Assembly: GCA_965218695.1 (NCBI GenBank)
Contig: OZ244651.1
Coordinates: 416,001 to 480,000 of the forward strand
Reading direction: 5' to 3'
DNA: 64,000 nt
Origin: Nitrosopumilus sp.
GTDB taxonomy: Archaea; Thermoproteota; Nitrososphaeria; Nitrososphaerales; Nitrosopumilaceae
This document shows positions 10,469 to 23,124 of the stretch, piece by piece. Each line of letters opens with the position of its first letter. Position 1 is the stretch's first letter. Made by a program: the position numbers and the translations under genes. The notes below the pieces were generated by a model that worked only from the letters and a program-made list of their open reading frames with translations, was not told where the DNA came from and made no database searches.

Positions 10469-11194
10469 TTGAAGATCTCCAAGATCATCCTCTGTAAAGA
10501 ACACGCATCCCTGGCAATCGATACCGACCCGCTGAAGCAATTTCTTTCAGAGACCTTCGGGGTTGCCGTGGAGGCAGGCGAGGATCTGTCCGGGGATATA
10601 TCCGGGGACGTGGCGCGGACTAGGGTTCTTGATCTGAAGAGGCCGTTTCAGAAGCACCCTGCCGGGGCAGGCATGACTCCATCTGATGCGGAGTTTAGGG
10701 CGTACGACGGATTTGAGCTTCAAAGGGTTCTGCGGGAGGAGTGCATCAGGGACCACACGGCAGACACGCTTTACATAGTAATTACGGACAGGCTGACCTG
10801 CACGTTTGATGAAGGCGACTTTAGGTATCATGCAAGGGCAATAGTCTGCGCCAATCCCGCAATAGTCTCCACCACCGGCATGGTGGAGGCACCGGCAAAG
10901 CCAAGGCAGTACTATCTGGATGTGCTATCCAGCCCCTCAAAGGATGACGCAGACGGCATCCGTCAAAGGTATAGGGGCCGGTTTCTGGAGCACTGCGACC
11001 CCCGCATACCGGAGGTCATGAAGGGGTACCTCCTCCAGGCTGTAATGTACTATGAGACCGGGGATGCGTTTTGCAGTGATGCCCAATGCAGGCTATACAA
11101 CTCGCACTGGCAGGAGGATCTGCTGCGCCTGCAGCTGAAGACCAGAACGCTCTGCCCAAGGCACCAACGGATTATCCGGCAACTGCGCTGCTGA
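10469..11194 (+). CDS. Conserved archaeal hypothetical protein, putative metallopeptidase-like
   Basis: RYHARA, GMVEAPAKPRQYY, CRLYNSHWQEDL motifs recalled from archaeal hypotheticals. Confidence 0.65.
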   Translation: MKISKIILCKEHASLAIDTDPLKQFLSETFGVAVEAGEDLSGDISGDVARTRVLDLKRPFQKHPAGAGMTPSDAEFRAYDGFELQRVLREECIRDHTADTLYIVITDRLTCTFDEGDFRYHARAIVCANPAIVSTTGMVEAPAKPRQYYLDVLSSPSKDDADGIRQRYRGRFLEHCDPRIPEVMKGYLLQAVMYYETGDAFCSDAQCRLYNSHWQEDLLRLQLKTRTLCPRHQRIIRQLRC

Positions 11195-12700
11195 CAGCAT
11201 CTGCGGCAGGATCCTGGATGGGGGCGAGGTCATACTCGAATACGTGGACTGGGGGCCTACTGCAGCCGACTATGTGGGCCAGAGGAGCGAGGCGGCAAGC
11301 ACCACCGTGCAGGTAAATGCCAATCAACCGCCACCACCACCACCGGACGCGCAGAATGTGGGCCTCGTGACTCTGACCAGTACGACTATTGGAACCATAC
11401 ATGCCTCTTGGGAAGCACCCGCAGAGGAGCCTGCCACCTATGAGGTGTCATGGCAAAGGACAGAGGGGACATACCCTGCAATGAGCACATTCTCCACCCT
11501 GCTGTCTTACAGCCTCTCCGGGCTGGAGATCGACACCGAATACGGGGTAATGGTGCGCGCCCAATACGACGACACGGTAGGAGAATGGAGCGACGAGTCT
11601 TTCGTGACGGTTTCAAGTTCCTTCACAACCGTGCCAGAAGTGAATCTGGACAGGCGCACATATTCTTGGACCGACAGGGTCTACATAACTGTCATATCGC
11701 CTGACAACAACTTTGATGACACGCAGATAGACGAGATAGGCGACACCGATGACTATCAGATAAGTGTCGCCACTAGGAACTACGAGATAGAGCAGTACAA
11801 TCTGGTCGAGACCGATACGTCCACCGGCATATTCACAGGCGAGATCACCCTGACCGGTTTTGACCACGACCTCGACGGCGACGGAATTTTTGACACCACC
11901 AGCCGTGGAAAGTCCGGCAGCGGACCCACTGATGGCCTCTTGGAGTCGTTTGATGATGACGGGATCGCAGTCACTTTTTGGTATCCTGATGACGGGGTCG
12001 TGATTAGCTCGTCGACGATCCGCTGGAATATAGGCGAGATCCAATGGCTCGAGGCAAGTCATCCTGGCACCGGCACCGGCGTTATCCGTGTCATCGACCA
12101 AGACATGAACCTCGATCCGGATGCCGCAGACGATTTTGAGGTCAGCGTGTGGTCAGACACCCACACCGGCGGAATCGACCTGACAGTCACAGAGACCGAC
12201 CTGACAACCGGAATCTTCGAGGGCACCGTCTCATTCTCACTTGACGATGAAACAGGCAGGAGTAACCTCGCCGTATCTGGGGGTGATACTGTCACCGCAG
12301 AATACACCGACTACACGCTGCCCAGCCCATACTACAGGACTGAATCCCTGAATCTGTCTGCCACCGCGCTCATAGACATGTCCGTTCCGCCTCCAGATGT
12401 ACCGGTGCCAGAACCGGTGCCAGAGCCAGAACCAGAACCGGTGCCAGAGCCAGAACCAGAACCGGTGCCAGAGCCGAACCGGTGCCAGAGCCGGAACCTA
12501 GACTAGACCCAGAGCCGGAACCTAGACTAGACCCAGAACCTGGACTAGACCCTGAGCCGATATCAAAACCCACATGTGGAGCCGGAACTGAACGAGTCAA
12601 TGGAATTTGTCAGGTCATACAGTCGGATGGACGATCAGAAGATCAGCAGGAAGATTTTAACTTCATAACGTGGCTGTTTTCTCTGTTTGGTTGGTCATGA
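11193..12700 (+). pseudogene. 5'-truncated S-layer-like protein with inserted fibronectin type III domain and Pro-Glu repeat stalk; 1-nt deletion near 12476
   Basis: GEVILEYVDWGP..ADYVGQ and LDRRTYSWTDRVYITVISPD resemble thaumarchaeal S-layer protein. FN3 pattern SWEAP..YEVSW..LSGLEIDTEYGVMVRA..GEWS. The C-terminus CGAGT..NGICQ..FITWLFSLFG lies in ORF 12482..12700. Confidence 0.7.
12399..12559 (+). repeat. Coding Pro-Glu/Pro-Val tandem repeats (24-bp and 18-24-bp units)
   Basis: CCGGTGCCAGAGCCAGAACCAGAA and CCAGAGCCGGAACCTAGACTAGAC repeats. Confidence 0.85.
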
Positions 12701-12860
12701 CAGCCTCGGAACACATTCATTGATCACGGTCATTCTTGTACGGTAATTCCTGATCTGGTGCCTGTCTCATTATGTCCATCCTGTCCGACAGTCCTAATTG
12801 ATCTGTTTCGGTTGATCCATTTTCTGCTTTTTGAACACATCTGCAAAGACCGTCTGCCTA

Positions 12861-14216
12861 AACTTTGTTTCCTAATTACTCTCGACACAGATACCAGTCT
12901 GTGCAATTCTGTCTATGTCATCGTCTTGCCCCCTCATCCCTTGCAGTTTTTGGACCGGGCTTGTAGACTTGCACGATCCTTGGCGTGCCGTACCCGCCGT
13001 CGATTGCAGTATCGATCATCTGGTTGTACAGCTGCGCTTTTCCGTATATCTCGGCCTTGACGTTCTCCCACTTGCGCGCGCTTATGCACTCGCCCAACAC
13101 CCGCTTGAACGTGGAAAATACAATCTCGACTGACCACCGGTCGTTGTACCCGGACTCCCTGCGCCACGCCTTCTGGAATTCCCTCTTTTGTTCGCGCGTG
13201 AGGTCTGCAAACTTGCGTTCTGCCGTCTTGTCCATGCAGTCCATGCCACCCAGCTGCCTGAATCCTGCCTCCTTGCGGGGCATGCACCCGTTCGCCTTTC
13301 CGGCAAAGTCGATGCGGACGGGAATCAGCGGCTCGATTCCCTGTTCGTCGCAGTACCTGCGGATCTTCTTGGTGTCGTACGCGCCGTCGGCTGCCGTCTT
13401 GGTGCTTGCAGAAGTCTCTACGTTTGGGGATTTTTTTGCATTTGCAAGGGCCTGCCCCACCAGTTCCTCAAACTGCGGAGAGTCCCCGCACTTGTCGTCG
13501 GTTATGGCCACGGCGTAGATCTTTTTGGTTTTGGCATCCACCCCGACGTGCAGCTTTATGAAGCCCCGCCTGGTCCCCCACTTTTTTGTCATCCAGTCGC
13601 CGCGGTTTGTGGGCTTGAGTCCAGTGGAGTCGAAGGCAAACAGCTTGATCTCTGCTCTGGTGTTGCCGTCTGAGAACCACGCAGAAGCCGTGCCGCTGCC
13701 ATCATCATTATCTGCAACAGTGCAGCCCAACCTGGTCATCCTCTTCTGGAACACCGAATACGTGGGCGCGTCTTCCCTGCCGACTATCGTCTCTGCCACG
13801 CCCTGGAGCTGCCTGTACCTTATGCCGGTGGCGTTTCTGAACAGGGATGCTGCTGCAAAGCACGCGTTTGAAAATACGTACGGGCGGCCGACCTTCCCGC
13901 AGTTTAGCTTCTCGACTCCCTGAGTCAGGATCTCCGGGCTTATCTGGAGCGTCCACAGCTGGCCGCGGTCTATGTACCTGCGGTCATCGTATTGGAACCG
14001 GCGTTCTTTGGATTTGAAAGATTTTTTAGCCTCATGCGTGCCCGTTTTGTCTGGAGAGGATGTGTTTTCAGTCATGGCTGTAACCTGACTGTCTGCACAC
14101 CTCTCTGATCAATGCAGTTTTCTATTGAAAATGTTTGATATTATGTTCAAATTCAGCTGATCTGGCCTAATTCTGGACATGTTGGGCGTGGTTGGGGATA
14201 ATTAGGAAACAAAGTT
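12861..14216 (-). mobile_element. IS5-like insertion sequence, copy 2 (complete)
   Basis: 18-bp perfect TIR AACTTTGTTTCCTAATTA; 8-bp TSD TCTGCCTA at 12853..12860 and 14217..14224. Confidence 0.92.
12918..14075 (-). CDS. IS5-like DDE transposase
   Basis: FDSTG, KLHVGVD, ADGAYD, GYNDRWSVE motifs. Confidence 0.9.
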   Translation of the reverse strand: MTENTSSPDKTGTHEAKKSFKSKERRFQYDDRRYIDRGQLWTLQISPEILTQGVEKLNCGKVGRPYVFSNACFAAASLFRNATGIRYRQLQGVAETIVGREDAPTYSVFQKRMTRLGCTVADNDDGSGTASAWFSDGNTRAEIKLFAFDSTGLKPTNRGDWMTKKWGTRRGFIKLHVGVDAKTKKIYAVAITDDKCGDSPQFEELVGQALANAKKSPNVETSASTKTAADGAYDTKKIRRYCDEQGIEPLIPVRIDFAGKANGCMPRKEAGFRQLGGMDCMDKTAERKFADLTREQKREFQKAWRRESGYNDRWSVEIVFSTFKRVLGECISARKWENVKAEIYGKAQLYNQMIDTAIDGGYGTPRIVQVYKPGPKTARDEGARR

Positions 14217-14260
14217 TCTGCCTATAATGACTTAAATTATTGGGACAATGAGCCACTCTC

Positions 14261-15265
14261 ATGATGGCCGCAGATACAAGCGCTACCCTTCTGGAGGGCA
14301 GGGACGACGGTCCCAAAATGCCGGACAAGAAGAAGACAAAGTTTGACGTGATTGTAATAGGCGCAGGCCCGGCAGGATACACTGCGGGAATCTACTGCTC
14401 GAGGGCAGGGCATGACACGCTTATTCTGTCCGGAATTCTTCCAGGCGGGCAGCTGGTCAACACCACCGACGTGGAGAACTATCCGGGATTTGAAAAGGGC
14501 ATAATGGGCCCTGATCTCATGATCGAGATGAGAAAGCAGTGCCAGCGAATGGGAACCACCATCGTAGACGACCAGGTGACAGATGTTGATTTCAGGCACA
14601 AGCCACTCAAGGCTCTGACTGCCTCCGAAGAGTACGAGGGGCGGGCAGTCATAATCGCAACGGGTGCAAACCCACGAAAGCTCGGACTGGACGGCGAGAC
14701 GACATTTGCCGGAAAGGGGGTATCATACTGTGCCACATGCGACGGACCGTTCTTTAAAAACCAGGACATCATCGTGGCAGGCGGCGGGGATTCTGCAATA
14801 GAGGAGGCCACGTTTCTGACCAAGTTTGCCACCACCGTCCACCTGGTACACCGAAGGGACGTGCTGCGCGCAAGCAAGGTAATGCAGCAGAGGGCCTTTG
14901 ACAACAAAAAGATAAGATTCCATTGGAACTCGTCAGTAGCCGACGTCATCGGCGATCAGAGGGTACGGCAGGTGGTCCTGAGGGACACAAAGACCGGCCA
15001 GGAGAGCACGCTTGATGCAGGAGCCCTCTTTGTTGCCATAGGACACGAACCCAACACCAGCATGTTCAAGAGCCAGATTGATCTGGACGAGAACGGGTAC
15101 ATCTTACTTGGAAAGGGAACCCACACGAACATGGACGGCGTGTTTGCAGCAGGCGACGTGCACGACAGGCGATACAGGCAGGCAATAACTGCGGCAGGTT
15201 TTGGGTGCATGGCTGCCATCGACGTCGACAAATATTTTGAAGAGTCAGACGCCTCCAAGCAGTAG
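14261..15265 (+). CDS. trxB: Thioredoxin reductase
   Basis: GAGPAG, CATCDG, GGGDSA, FAAGDV. Confidence 0.95.
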   Translation: MMAADTSATLLEGRDDGPKMPDKKKTKFDVIVIGAGPAGYTAGIYCSRAGHDTLILSGILPGGQLVNTTDVENYPGFEKGIMGPDLMIEMRKQCQRMGTTIVDDQVTDVDFRHKPLKALTASEEYEGRAVIIATGANPRKLGLDGETTFAGKGVSYCATCDGPFFKNQDIIVAGGGDSAIEEATFLTKFATTVHLVHRRDVLRASKVMQQRAFDNKKIRFHWNSSVADVIGDQRVRQVVLRDTKTGQESTLDAGALFVAIGHEPNTSMFKSQIDLDENGYILLGKGTHTNMDGVFAAGDVHDRRYRQAITAAGFGCMAAIDVDKYFEESDASKQ

Positions 15266-15304
15266 TAATTGCCGCACAATATCAAAAATTTATAACCGTA
15301 GTGA

Positions 15305-17122
15305 ATGGATGGTACTCTGTTGATTGAATCCCACACCCAACAGGTCATGCCTGATTCTGCCGGAATTGACTGGTCCAGAACCGAGGAGGCAGACAACTTT
15401 GCAAAGACCGTAAAGATGTTCCGCCAGGGGCGGTATGACGCAAACAGCTTTAGGCGGTTTCGGCTCCAGCACGGCGCATACGGCACCAGGATGACCAGCG
15501 ACTATGCCATGGTGAGAATCAAGATTCCGGCAGGCGAGGTCTATCCCAGACAGCTTGAAAAGATATCCCAGCTAAGCGAGCAGTACTCGATCGGCAGCGC
15601 GCACCTGTCCACCCGGGAGAACGTACAGCTTCACTGGGTGGTTCTCGAGGACGTCTCTGAGATATTCCGGGAGCTTGCACAGGTGGGCCTGACATCGAGG
15701 GAGGCATGCGGAAACACCATAAGAAACGTCATGTGCAGCCCGCTCTCCGGCGTGTGTCCTGCCGAGGCCTTTGATGCAACACCATACTCCCTTGCGACTG
15801 CAAGATTCTTTCTAAGGAACCCCATGGCACAGAACCTTCCCCGCAAGTTCAAATTCAACTTTACCTGCTGTGAGGAGCACGGCATGGCCCGCATGGTCGA
15901 TGTGGGGCTGATTCCCCAGGTACGGCAGAATGACGGCCAGACCCAGAAGGGGTTCAAGGTATTTTTGGGCGGGGGGCTTGGAAACAAGTCGTACGTGGGC
16001 CACCAGCTGGAGGATTTCACTCCGGAGGAGGATCTCCTGCACACCTCGATTGCGGTGGTCAGACTCTTTGACAGGATTGGAGACAGAAAGAACCTTGCAA
16101 GGAACAGGATGCGCTATCTTGTACATGAGATGGGATGGGACAAGTTCCAGAACCTGGTCCTCAAGGAGAGAGCCATCGTCAGGGCGACCCAGTCGGTGGT
16201 TACGCAGCTTCAAGTCGACGACACGCCTGCTGCAATCAGGCGCCCAATCAGGGTGTCTGACGAAGGCGGTGCGCCCATACCTGACGGCTATGCAAGGTGG
16301 CTCAAGACAAACACCCTGTCCCAGCGGCAGCCAGGATACAGTTCCGTGTTTGTCACGCTTGAGGCAGGCGACATAACTGCCAGCCAGCTTGATGCCATGG
16401 CCCAGATAATACGCGACTATTCTGCAGAAGGCAAGGCAAGGTGCGGGTTCATCCAAAACCTGGCACTGCGATACGTGCACAAGGATGATCTGCCGATGCT
16501 CTACTCTCGGCTTTTGGATGCCGGGCTTGCAAAATCCGGCGCCCTCACAATGGCCGCCCCGATAGGATGCTCAGGCACCACCTCGTGCAACCTTGCCCTG
16601 ACAAACTCACACCGGCTTGCCAAGGAGATCCAAAGAAAGTTCCTTGAACTGAACCTGGATACAGACGATGATCTCTGCGACTCGTCAATCAAGATAAGCG
16701 GCTGCCCCAACTCCTGTGGGCAGCACGGCATAGGAACCATTGGATTCTTTGGGGGAGGCGCACGTGTCGGCAGGGACATGTATCCAAACTACCAGATGTC
16801 CCTTGGGGGCCGCTCAGACGGGGACACGATGCTTGGAATGACGTGCATCAGGGTTCCTGCAAAGAGGGTGATTCCGGTAATTCTCAAGATCATTGATCTG
16901 TTCAGGGAGCACAAGAAACCTGACGACACCCTCAAGTCGTGGATTCACCGGGTCGTCAACGGCGGCGGGGATTCTGGGATCAACTCAATCAAGGACATCC
17001 AAGGCGTGCTTGCGCCGCTGGTCGCGCCTCCTGCAAAGGACGATGATCCTGACTTTTATCTGGACTATGGCAACGACACCAGCTATCACACAAAGACCGG
17101 AAAGGGTGAGTGTGCTGCTTGA
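15305..17122 (+). CDS. sir: Ferredoxin-dependent sulfite/nitrite reductase (siroheme)
   Basis: LPRKFK, CSGTTSC and GCPNSC iron-sulfur/siroheme ligands; sulfur-metabolism neighbourhood. Confidence 0.85.
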   Translation: MDGTLLIESHTQQVMPDSAGIDWSRTEEADNFAKTVKMFRQGRYDANSFRRFRLQHGAYGTRMTSDYAMVRIKIPAGEVYPRQLEKISQLSEQYSIGSAHLSTRENVQLHWVVLEDVSEIFRELAQVGLTSREACGNTIRNVMCSPLSGVCPAEAFDATPYSLATARFFLRNPMAQNLPRKFKFNFTCCEEHGMARMVDVGLIPQVRQNDGQTQKGFKVFLGGGLGNKSYVGHQLEDFTPEEDLLHTSIAVVRLFDRIGDRKNLARNRMRYLVHEMGWDKFQNLVLKERAIVRATQSVVTQLQVDDTPAAIRRPIRVSDEGGAPIPDGYARWLKTNTLSQRQPGYSSVFVTLEAGDITASQLDAMAQIIRDYSAEGKARCGFIQNLALRYVHKDDLPMLYSRLLDAGLAKSGALTMAAPIGCSGTTSCNLALTNSHRLAKEIQRKFLELNLDTDDDLCDSSIKISGCPNSCGQHGIGTIGFFGGGARVGRDMYPNYQMSLGGRSDGDTMLGMTCIRVPAKRVIPVILKIIDLFREHKKPDDTLKSWIHRVVNGGGDSGINSIKDIQGVLAPLVAPPAKDDDPDFYLDYGNDTSYHTKTGKGECAA

Positions 17123-17913
17123 GATCCGAGGACCCAACTCTGGATGCGGACTCGCTACGCTCTGAGATAGCAGACCGAAGCATCAGGGTAATCGATGTCA
17201 GGCGAAAGAACGACTATGCACAGGATCACATCCCGGGTTCTGTAAATCTGCCTCTGGCGGATCTGCTCTCCGATGACAGTCCCGAGCGCGTCATGAAGCT
17301 TGCAGGCTCCCTGGGGATAGACGACGAGACCCGGGTGGCAGTATACGATGACACCTTTGGCGCCCTGGCCTCAAGGGTGGCGTGGACGCTGGAGTACCTG
17401 GGACACTCCGACGTCGTGCTGCTGGACACGACATATGCCAAATGGAAGTCGCTTGGCCTGGAGACTGACTCTGAGACCCCGCAGGTGCAATCCAAGACAC
17501 ACTCTATGAACCTGCAGCCTGACATACTGGCAACCTCTGATTATCTGGAAGGCGCGCAGGGCCGGGACGACGTGATCCTGATTGACAACCGGGAGAGGCT
17601 GAACTTTCTTGAGCAGCACATCCCCGGGGCCATGAACCTGCCATACCGCATGCTTGCCACGCGGGATCACATACTGCGGCCGCAAGATGACATGAGGCGG
17701 CTGCTTGGGAATCGAGGGATTACAGGCAATTCTGAGGTTATCACCTACTGCGGAAGCGTGGGAACCCTGTCAGGCCTGGCGTATTATGCCCTGAAATCCG
17801 CAGGACTCCCCAATGCGCGGCTGTACGTCCGCTCCTTCAAGGAGTGGAAGCATCTTCAAAAGCCTACAGAAAAGCAAGAGGATGCAAACTATTGGGATCT
17901 GTCTGCCGAGTAG
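17110..17913 (+). CDS. Thiosulfate sulfurtransferase (two rhodanese domains)
   Basis: IDVR..HIPGS, IDNR..HIPGA, YCGSVG. Confidence 0.88.
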   Translation: MCCLRSEDPTLDADSLRSEIADRSIRVIDVRRKNDYAQDHIPGSVNLPLADLLSDDSPERVMKLAGSLGIDDETRVAVYDDTFGALASRVAWTLEYLGHSDVVLLDTTYAKWKSLGLETDSETPQVQSKTHSMNLQPDILATSDYLEGAQGRDDVILIDNRERLNFLEQHIPGAMNLPYRMLATRDHILRPQDDMRRLLGNRGITGNSEVITYCGSVGTLSGLAYYALKSAGLPNARLYVRSFKEWKHLQKPTEKQEDANYWDLSAE

Positions 17914-18003
17914 TCCCTGAAATTTTCCGTAACTGCCTTTGGCATCCGTTGCATGGTGGTGTTGCCGGTGTTGCTGTTGCTGCCGCCGCCGTCGCCGGCA
18001 CGG

Positions 18004-19158
18004 TCAGGAGATCTCGTTTCTGAGCTTCTTTGTAATTGTAACTTCCACGTTGTCAAAGAGTACCATCATCTTGTCCTTGTTCTCTGTGATGTAGTCCTCT
18101 CCCCTGTCCTTTAGCCTGATCTTCCACAGCCTGATCTCCCTGTGCTCGTCAAAGAAGTTCTCAATCATGTGCACGCCTGACTTTTCAGGGTCGACAAACT
18201 CGTCAAATACGTCGATGGTCTTTTGTACGTTCCCTTCCTCTATTGACTCCCTTGCTGCCTGGATGGCCTGGCTCAGCTTCTTCAGGTTCTTGACAGGCCT
18301 TGGCAGGGTCTTTCGTGTGAGGCCAAACAGCCCCTTCTTCTCCTTGCCCATCTTGTCTGCAACGTTGGGGGCCAGATCATAAATTGGAATCCTGCTCAGC
18401 CCCTCCCGTTTTTCATTCTGCACTATCAGGCCCTTCTCAAGCAGCTTCCTTAGGGCCTTTTCGGCATCTATCTTGTCAAGAAACGTAGTCCACACAATGG
18501 CGCCGATCGTGTGGTATCCCTGCCTGACGGACTCTAGAACCACCACCTCCTGGATCCTCTTGAACCCCTCCTCAATCCTTACGTTGATAAAATCCGTGTC
18601 CCTGATGGATTTTCTCGCATTCTTGACATCGATCTCAATGGAGCGCTTGAGGGCCTCAAGGGACTCTGGGATCTGGTTCAACAGGGACAGAAAGCAGGCC
18701 TTGTTGTACCATGCCATTCCAAAGGTAGGATCCGTCTCGATGGCCTTTTCAACCGAGTTAAGCGCCTTGGAGTAGTTCTTTTGCTCGTAATGGACCAGCC
18801 CCTTCAGGTTCCACGCATCCGGATTTGTAACATCTATGTCCAAAACCCTGTCATAGACTCTTAGCGACTCGTCATGCTCGTCCAGGTGAAACCTTGCATA
18901 TCCAAGCTTTAGCAGCGTCTCTATGCTGTTCGGGTCGATGCGAAGCGCCATCTCAAAGACGGCCACCGCATCCTCCAGTTTCTCGTCGGCCATCAGATTG
19001 ATGCCTTTTTTAAACAATTTTTTGCGATTATAATCCGGATCAACCAGGCTGGTCTCCTCTTTTGCCGTGACCTCCTCCGGCTTTTCCCCCGGCTTTTCCC
19101 CCGGCTTGGAACCATCTGATTTACTGTCCTTTGATCTCCTTCCGAATGGCTTCTTCAC
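18004..19158 (-). CDS. Tetratricopeptide repeat protein
   Basis: Consecutive TPR motifs (AWNLKG, AWYNKAC). Confidence 0.85.
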   Translation of the reverse strand: MKKPFGRRSKDSKSDGSKPGEKPGEKPEEVTAKEETSLVDPDYNRKKLFKKGINLMADEKLEDAVAVFEMALRIDPNSIETLLKLGYARFHLDEHDESLRVYDRVLDIDVTNPDAWNLKGLVHYEQKNYSKALNSVEKAIETDPTFGMAWYNKACFLSLLNQIPESLEALKRSIEIDVKNARKSIRDTDFINVRIEEGFKRIQEVVVLESVRQGYHTIGAIVWTTFLDKIDAEKALRKLLEKGLIVQNEKREGLSRIPIYDLAPNVADKMGKEKKGLFGLTRKTLPRPVKNLKKLSQAIQAARESIEEGNVQKTIDVFDEFVDPEKSGVHMIENFFDEHREIRLWKIRLKDRGEDYITENKDKMMVLFDNVEVTITKKLRNEIS

Positions 19159-19440
19159 TAGCTCAAAATAAAGACTTGTCCAGATAAATACTCTACTTAA
19201 TCTATTCCACGCGTGTCCAAAATATCGGGTACGTGGGGAGGTCCCAAAACCTGCAACCCTGTTCTGGTGTAATTGAATTGTGCACCGGGACAGATGTCTG
19301 TACGCCCTGCCGTATGGGACTCATCAGGATATGTCCTGTGGATATGTCCGGGTTTTGTGCCTGGATTTTATAAAATACTATATTGGAATTCATATCATGG
19401 AATAAACCGGCACATCGAAACAATCTAAATATAAAAATAC

Positions 19441-21522
<2,082 letters not shown>

Positions 21523-21717
21523 AACCCTGCCCAATTCTCGTGTGTGCGCCTTTCTGGTTGGCCAATGCGTGTCAGCCCTGCATGTGGCAGGCCAACCGCA
21601 GATAGCCTGCGGAACCATGCCTGCAGATGGGACCGGAATAAAAACACCTGTAATCGTTGACGGCCTGTACTGGCCGATTCCTGCACCATCCAGCCATCCA
21701 GCCATCCCATGAATACG

Positions 21718-22827
21718 TTATGCCCCGCGCACCTTGATTATTGTCAGGACGTCCTCATCCTGCAGTATGTGGCCCAGCCCCACCTTCTGCGCGTCAAACT
21801 TTGCACTCTTTCCCCACACCAGCCCATACCTGAACTCCCTTCGCATCCTGCGATGAATCTTGTTGCAGATGTCCTCGACTGTGTCGCCCTCCCTTGCGAT
21901 TAGCGGTTCCTTGAAATCAGTCTCCCTACCCTTTGGCCTCATGTATATTCTGATGAACTTTAACTTCTCGTATATCCTCTCCTTTAGAACGTCTATGTTG
22001 ATGCCCGAGTTTGCAGATACCTCGATGACATCCGATTCTATCTTTCCCTTCAGATCGTCAAGAAACTCCCTGTCCACCAGATCAATCTTGTTTAGCACCG
22101 TCAGCGCCTTGGAATAGCTGATGTTTCCGGCAATGTGGTCTGCCAGCTGCTCTGATGTTACGTCCTCGCGCGTAACCACGCGCGCACTGATAACCCCATA
22201 CAGGTGAAGAATATCCTTGAGGTGCTTTTCTGTAATCTTTGTCAGCCTTACCTGCTGCGCCACGGCAATGCCCCCGATCGAGGCCTTTTCGACCGTGATG
22301 TTTGGCGGCAGCTGGTTGAGCCTTATCCCGATGTTCTTCAGCTCGTTTACCAGCACGTTTTCATGGTACGGCTGGAACACGTCCAGTATCAGCAGCACGA
22401 GATCCGCCGATCTTGCCACCGCCAGGATTCTCTTTCCAAGGCCCTTGCCGGTGGAGGCGCCCTTGATGATTCCGGGAAGATCCAATATCTGAATCTTCGC
22501 ACCCTTATACTCCATCATTCCGGGAACCACTGTCAGCGTGGTGAACTGGAACGCCCCCACAGCAGATTTTGCCCCCGTCATCATGTTTAGCAGCGTGGAC
22601 TTTCCGACGCTTGGCAGCCCTATGAGCACCACCGTCGCATCGCCTGTCCTTCTGACATCAAACCCGTCTGACTTCATGCCGGATTTTTTGATGGCGTTCT
22701 CTTCCTGCTCCCTCTTTAGTTTCGCAATCTTGGCCTTCAGCAGCCCTATGTGGTGCTCGGTCGCCTTGTTGATCTGCGTCCGTGCCATCTCGTCTTGTAT
22801 GGATTTGATCTTTTCAGGAATTCCCAA
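21718..22827 (-). CDS. drg: DRG/OBG-family GTPase with TGS domain
   Basis: GLPSVGKS, FTTL, DLPG, NKID, C-terminal TGS; TTG start LGIPEKIK. Confidence 0.92.
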   Translation of the reverse strand: MGIPEKIKSIQDEMARTQINKATEHHIGLLKAKIAKLKREQEENAIKKSGMKSDGFDVRRTGDATVVLIGLPSVGKSTLLNMMTGAKSAVGAFQFTTLTVVPGMMEYKGAKIQILDLPGIIKGASTGKGLGKRILAVARSADLVLLILDVFQPYHENVLVNELKNIGIRLNQLPPNITVEKASIGGIAVAQQVRLTKITEKHLKDILHLYGVISARVVTREDVTSEQLADHIAGNISYSKALTVLNKIDLVDREFLDDLKGKIESDVIEVSANSGINIDVLKERIYEKLKFIRIYMRPKGRETDFKEPLIAREGDTVEDICNKIHRRMRREFRYGLVWGKSAKFDAQKVGLGHILQDEDVLTIIKVRGA

Positions 22828-22890
22828 AACTACTCGTCTGTTGGTGCATTTCAATCAAATAAAATCGTACATCTGCGCCCCGGACCTCGA

Positions 22891-23033
22891 TGCCTGTCTG
22901 CCTGCCTGCCTGTCTGCCTGCCTGTCTGCCTGCCTGCCTGTCTGCCTGCCTGTCTGCCTGTCTGCCTGTCTGCCTGCCTGTCTGCCTGTCTGCCTGCCTG
23001 CCTGTCTGCCTGCCTGTCTGCCTGCCTGCCTGC
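22891..23033. repeat. Tetranucleotide microsatellite (CCTG/TCTG)n
   Basis: About 143 bp of mixed CCTG/TCTG units between divergent genes. Confidence 0.95.
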
Positions 23034-23124
23034 CGCACCCGGCGGTGCAGCGCATGCCTGGGGCACGCACCCGGCTACATGCTGCATGCGTAGCAAATAT
23101 TATTCGGTCTGTCATACCGATACC

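Noticed and set aside
12399-12559. CRISPR-like repeat array
   Set aside because: Adjacent coding Pro-Glu repeats with no unique spacers; no cas genes in the window.
1-14216. Composite transposon formed by the two near-identical IS5-like copies
   Set aside because: Copy 2 has its own intact 8-bp TSD and the enclosed genes are mostly housekeeping, so these are independent insertions.
22750-23124. Long ORF extensions through microsatellites (CLPA, RQAG, poly-Ser; also 43115..43408 and 49127..49414)
   Set aside because: Artefacts of stop-free repeats; true starts lie downstream.
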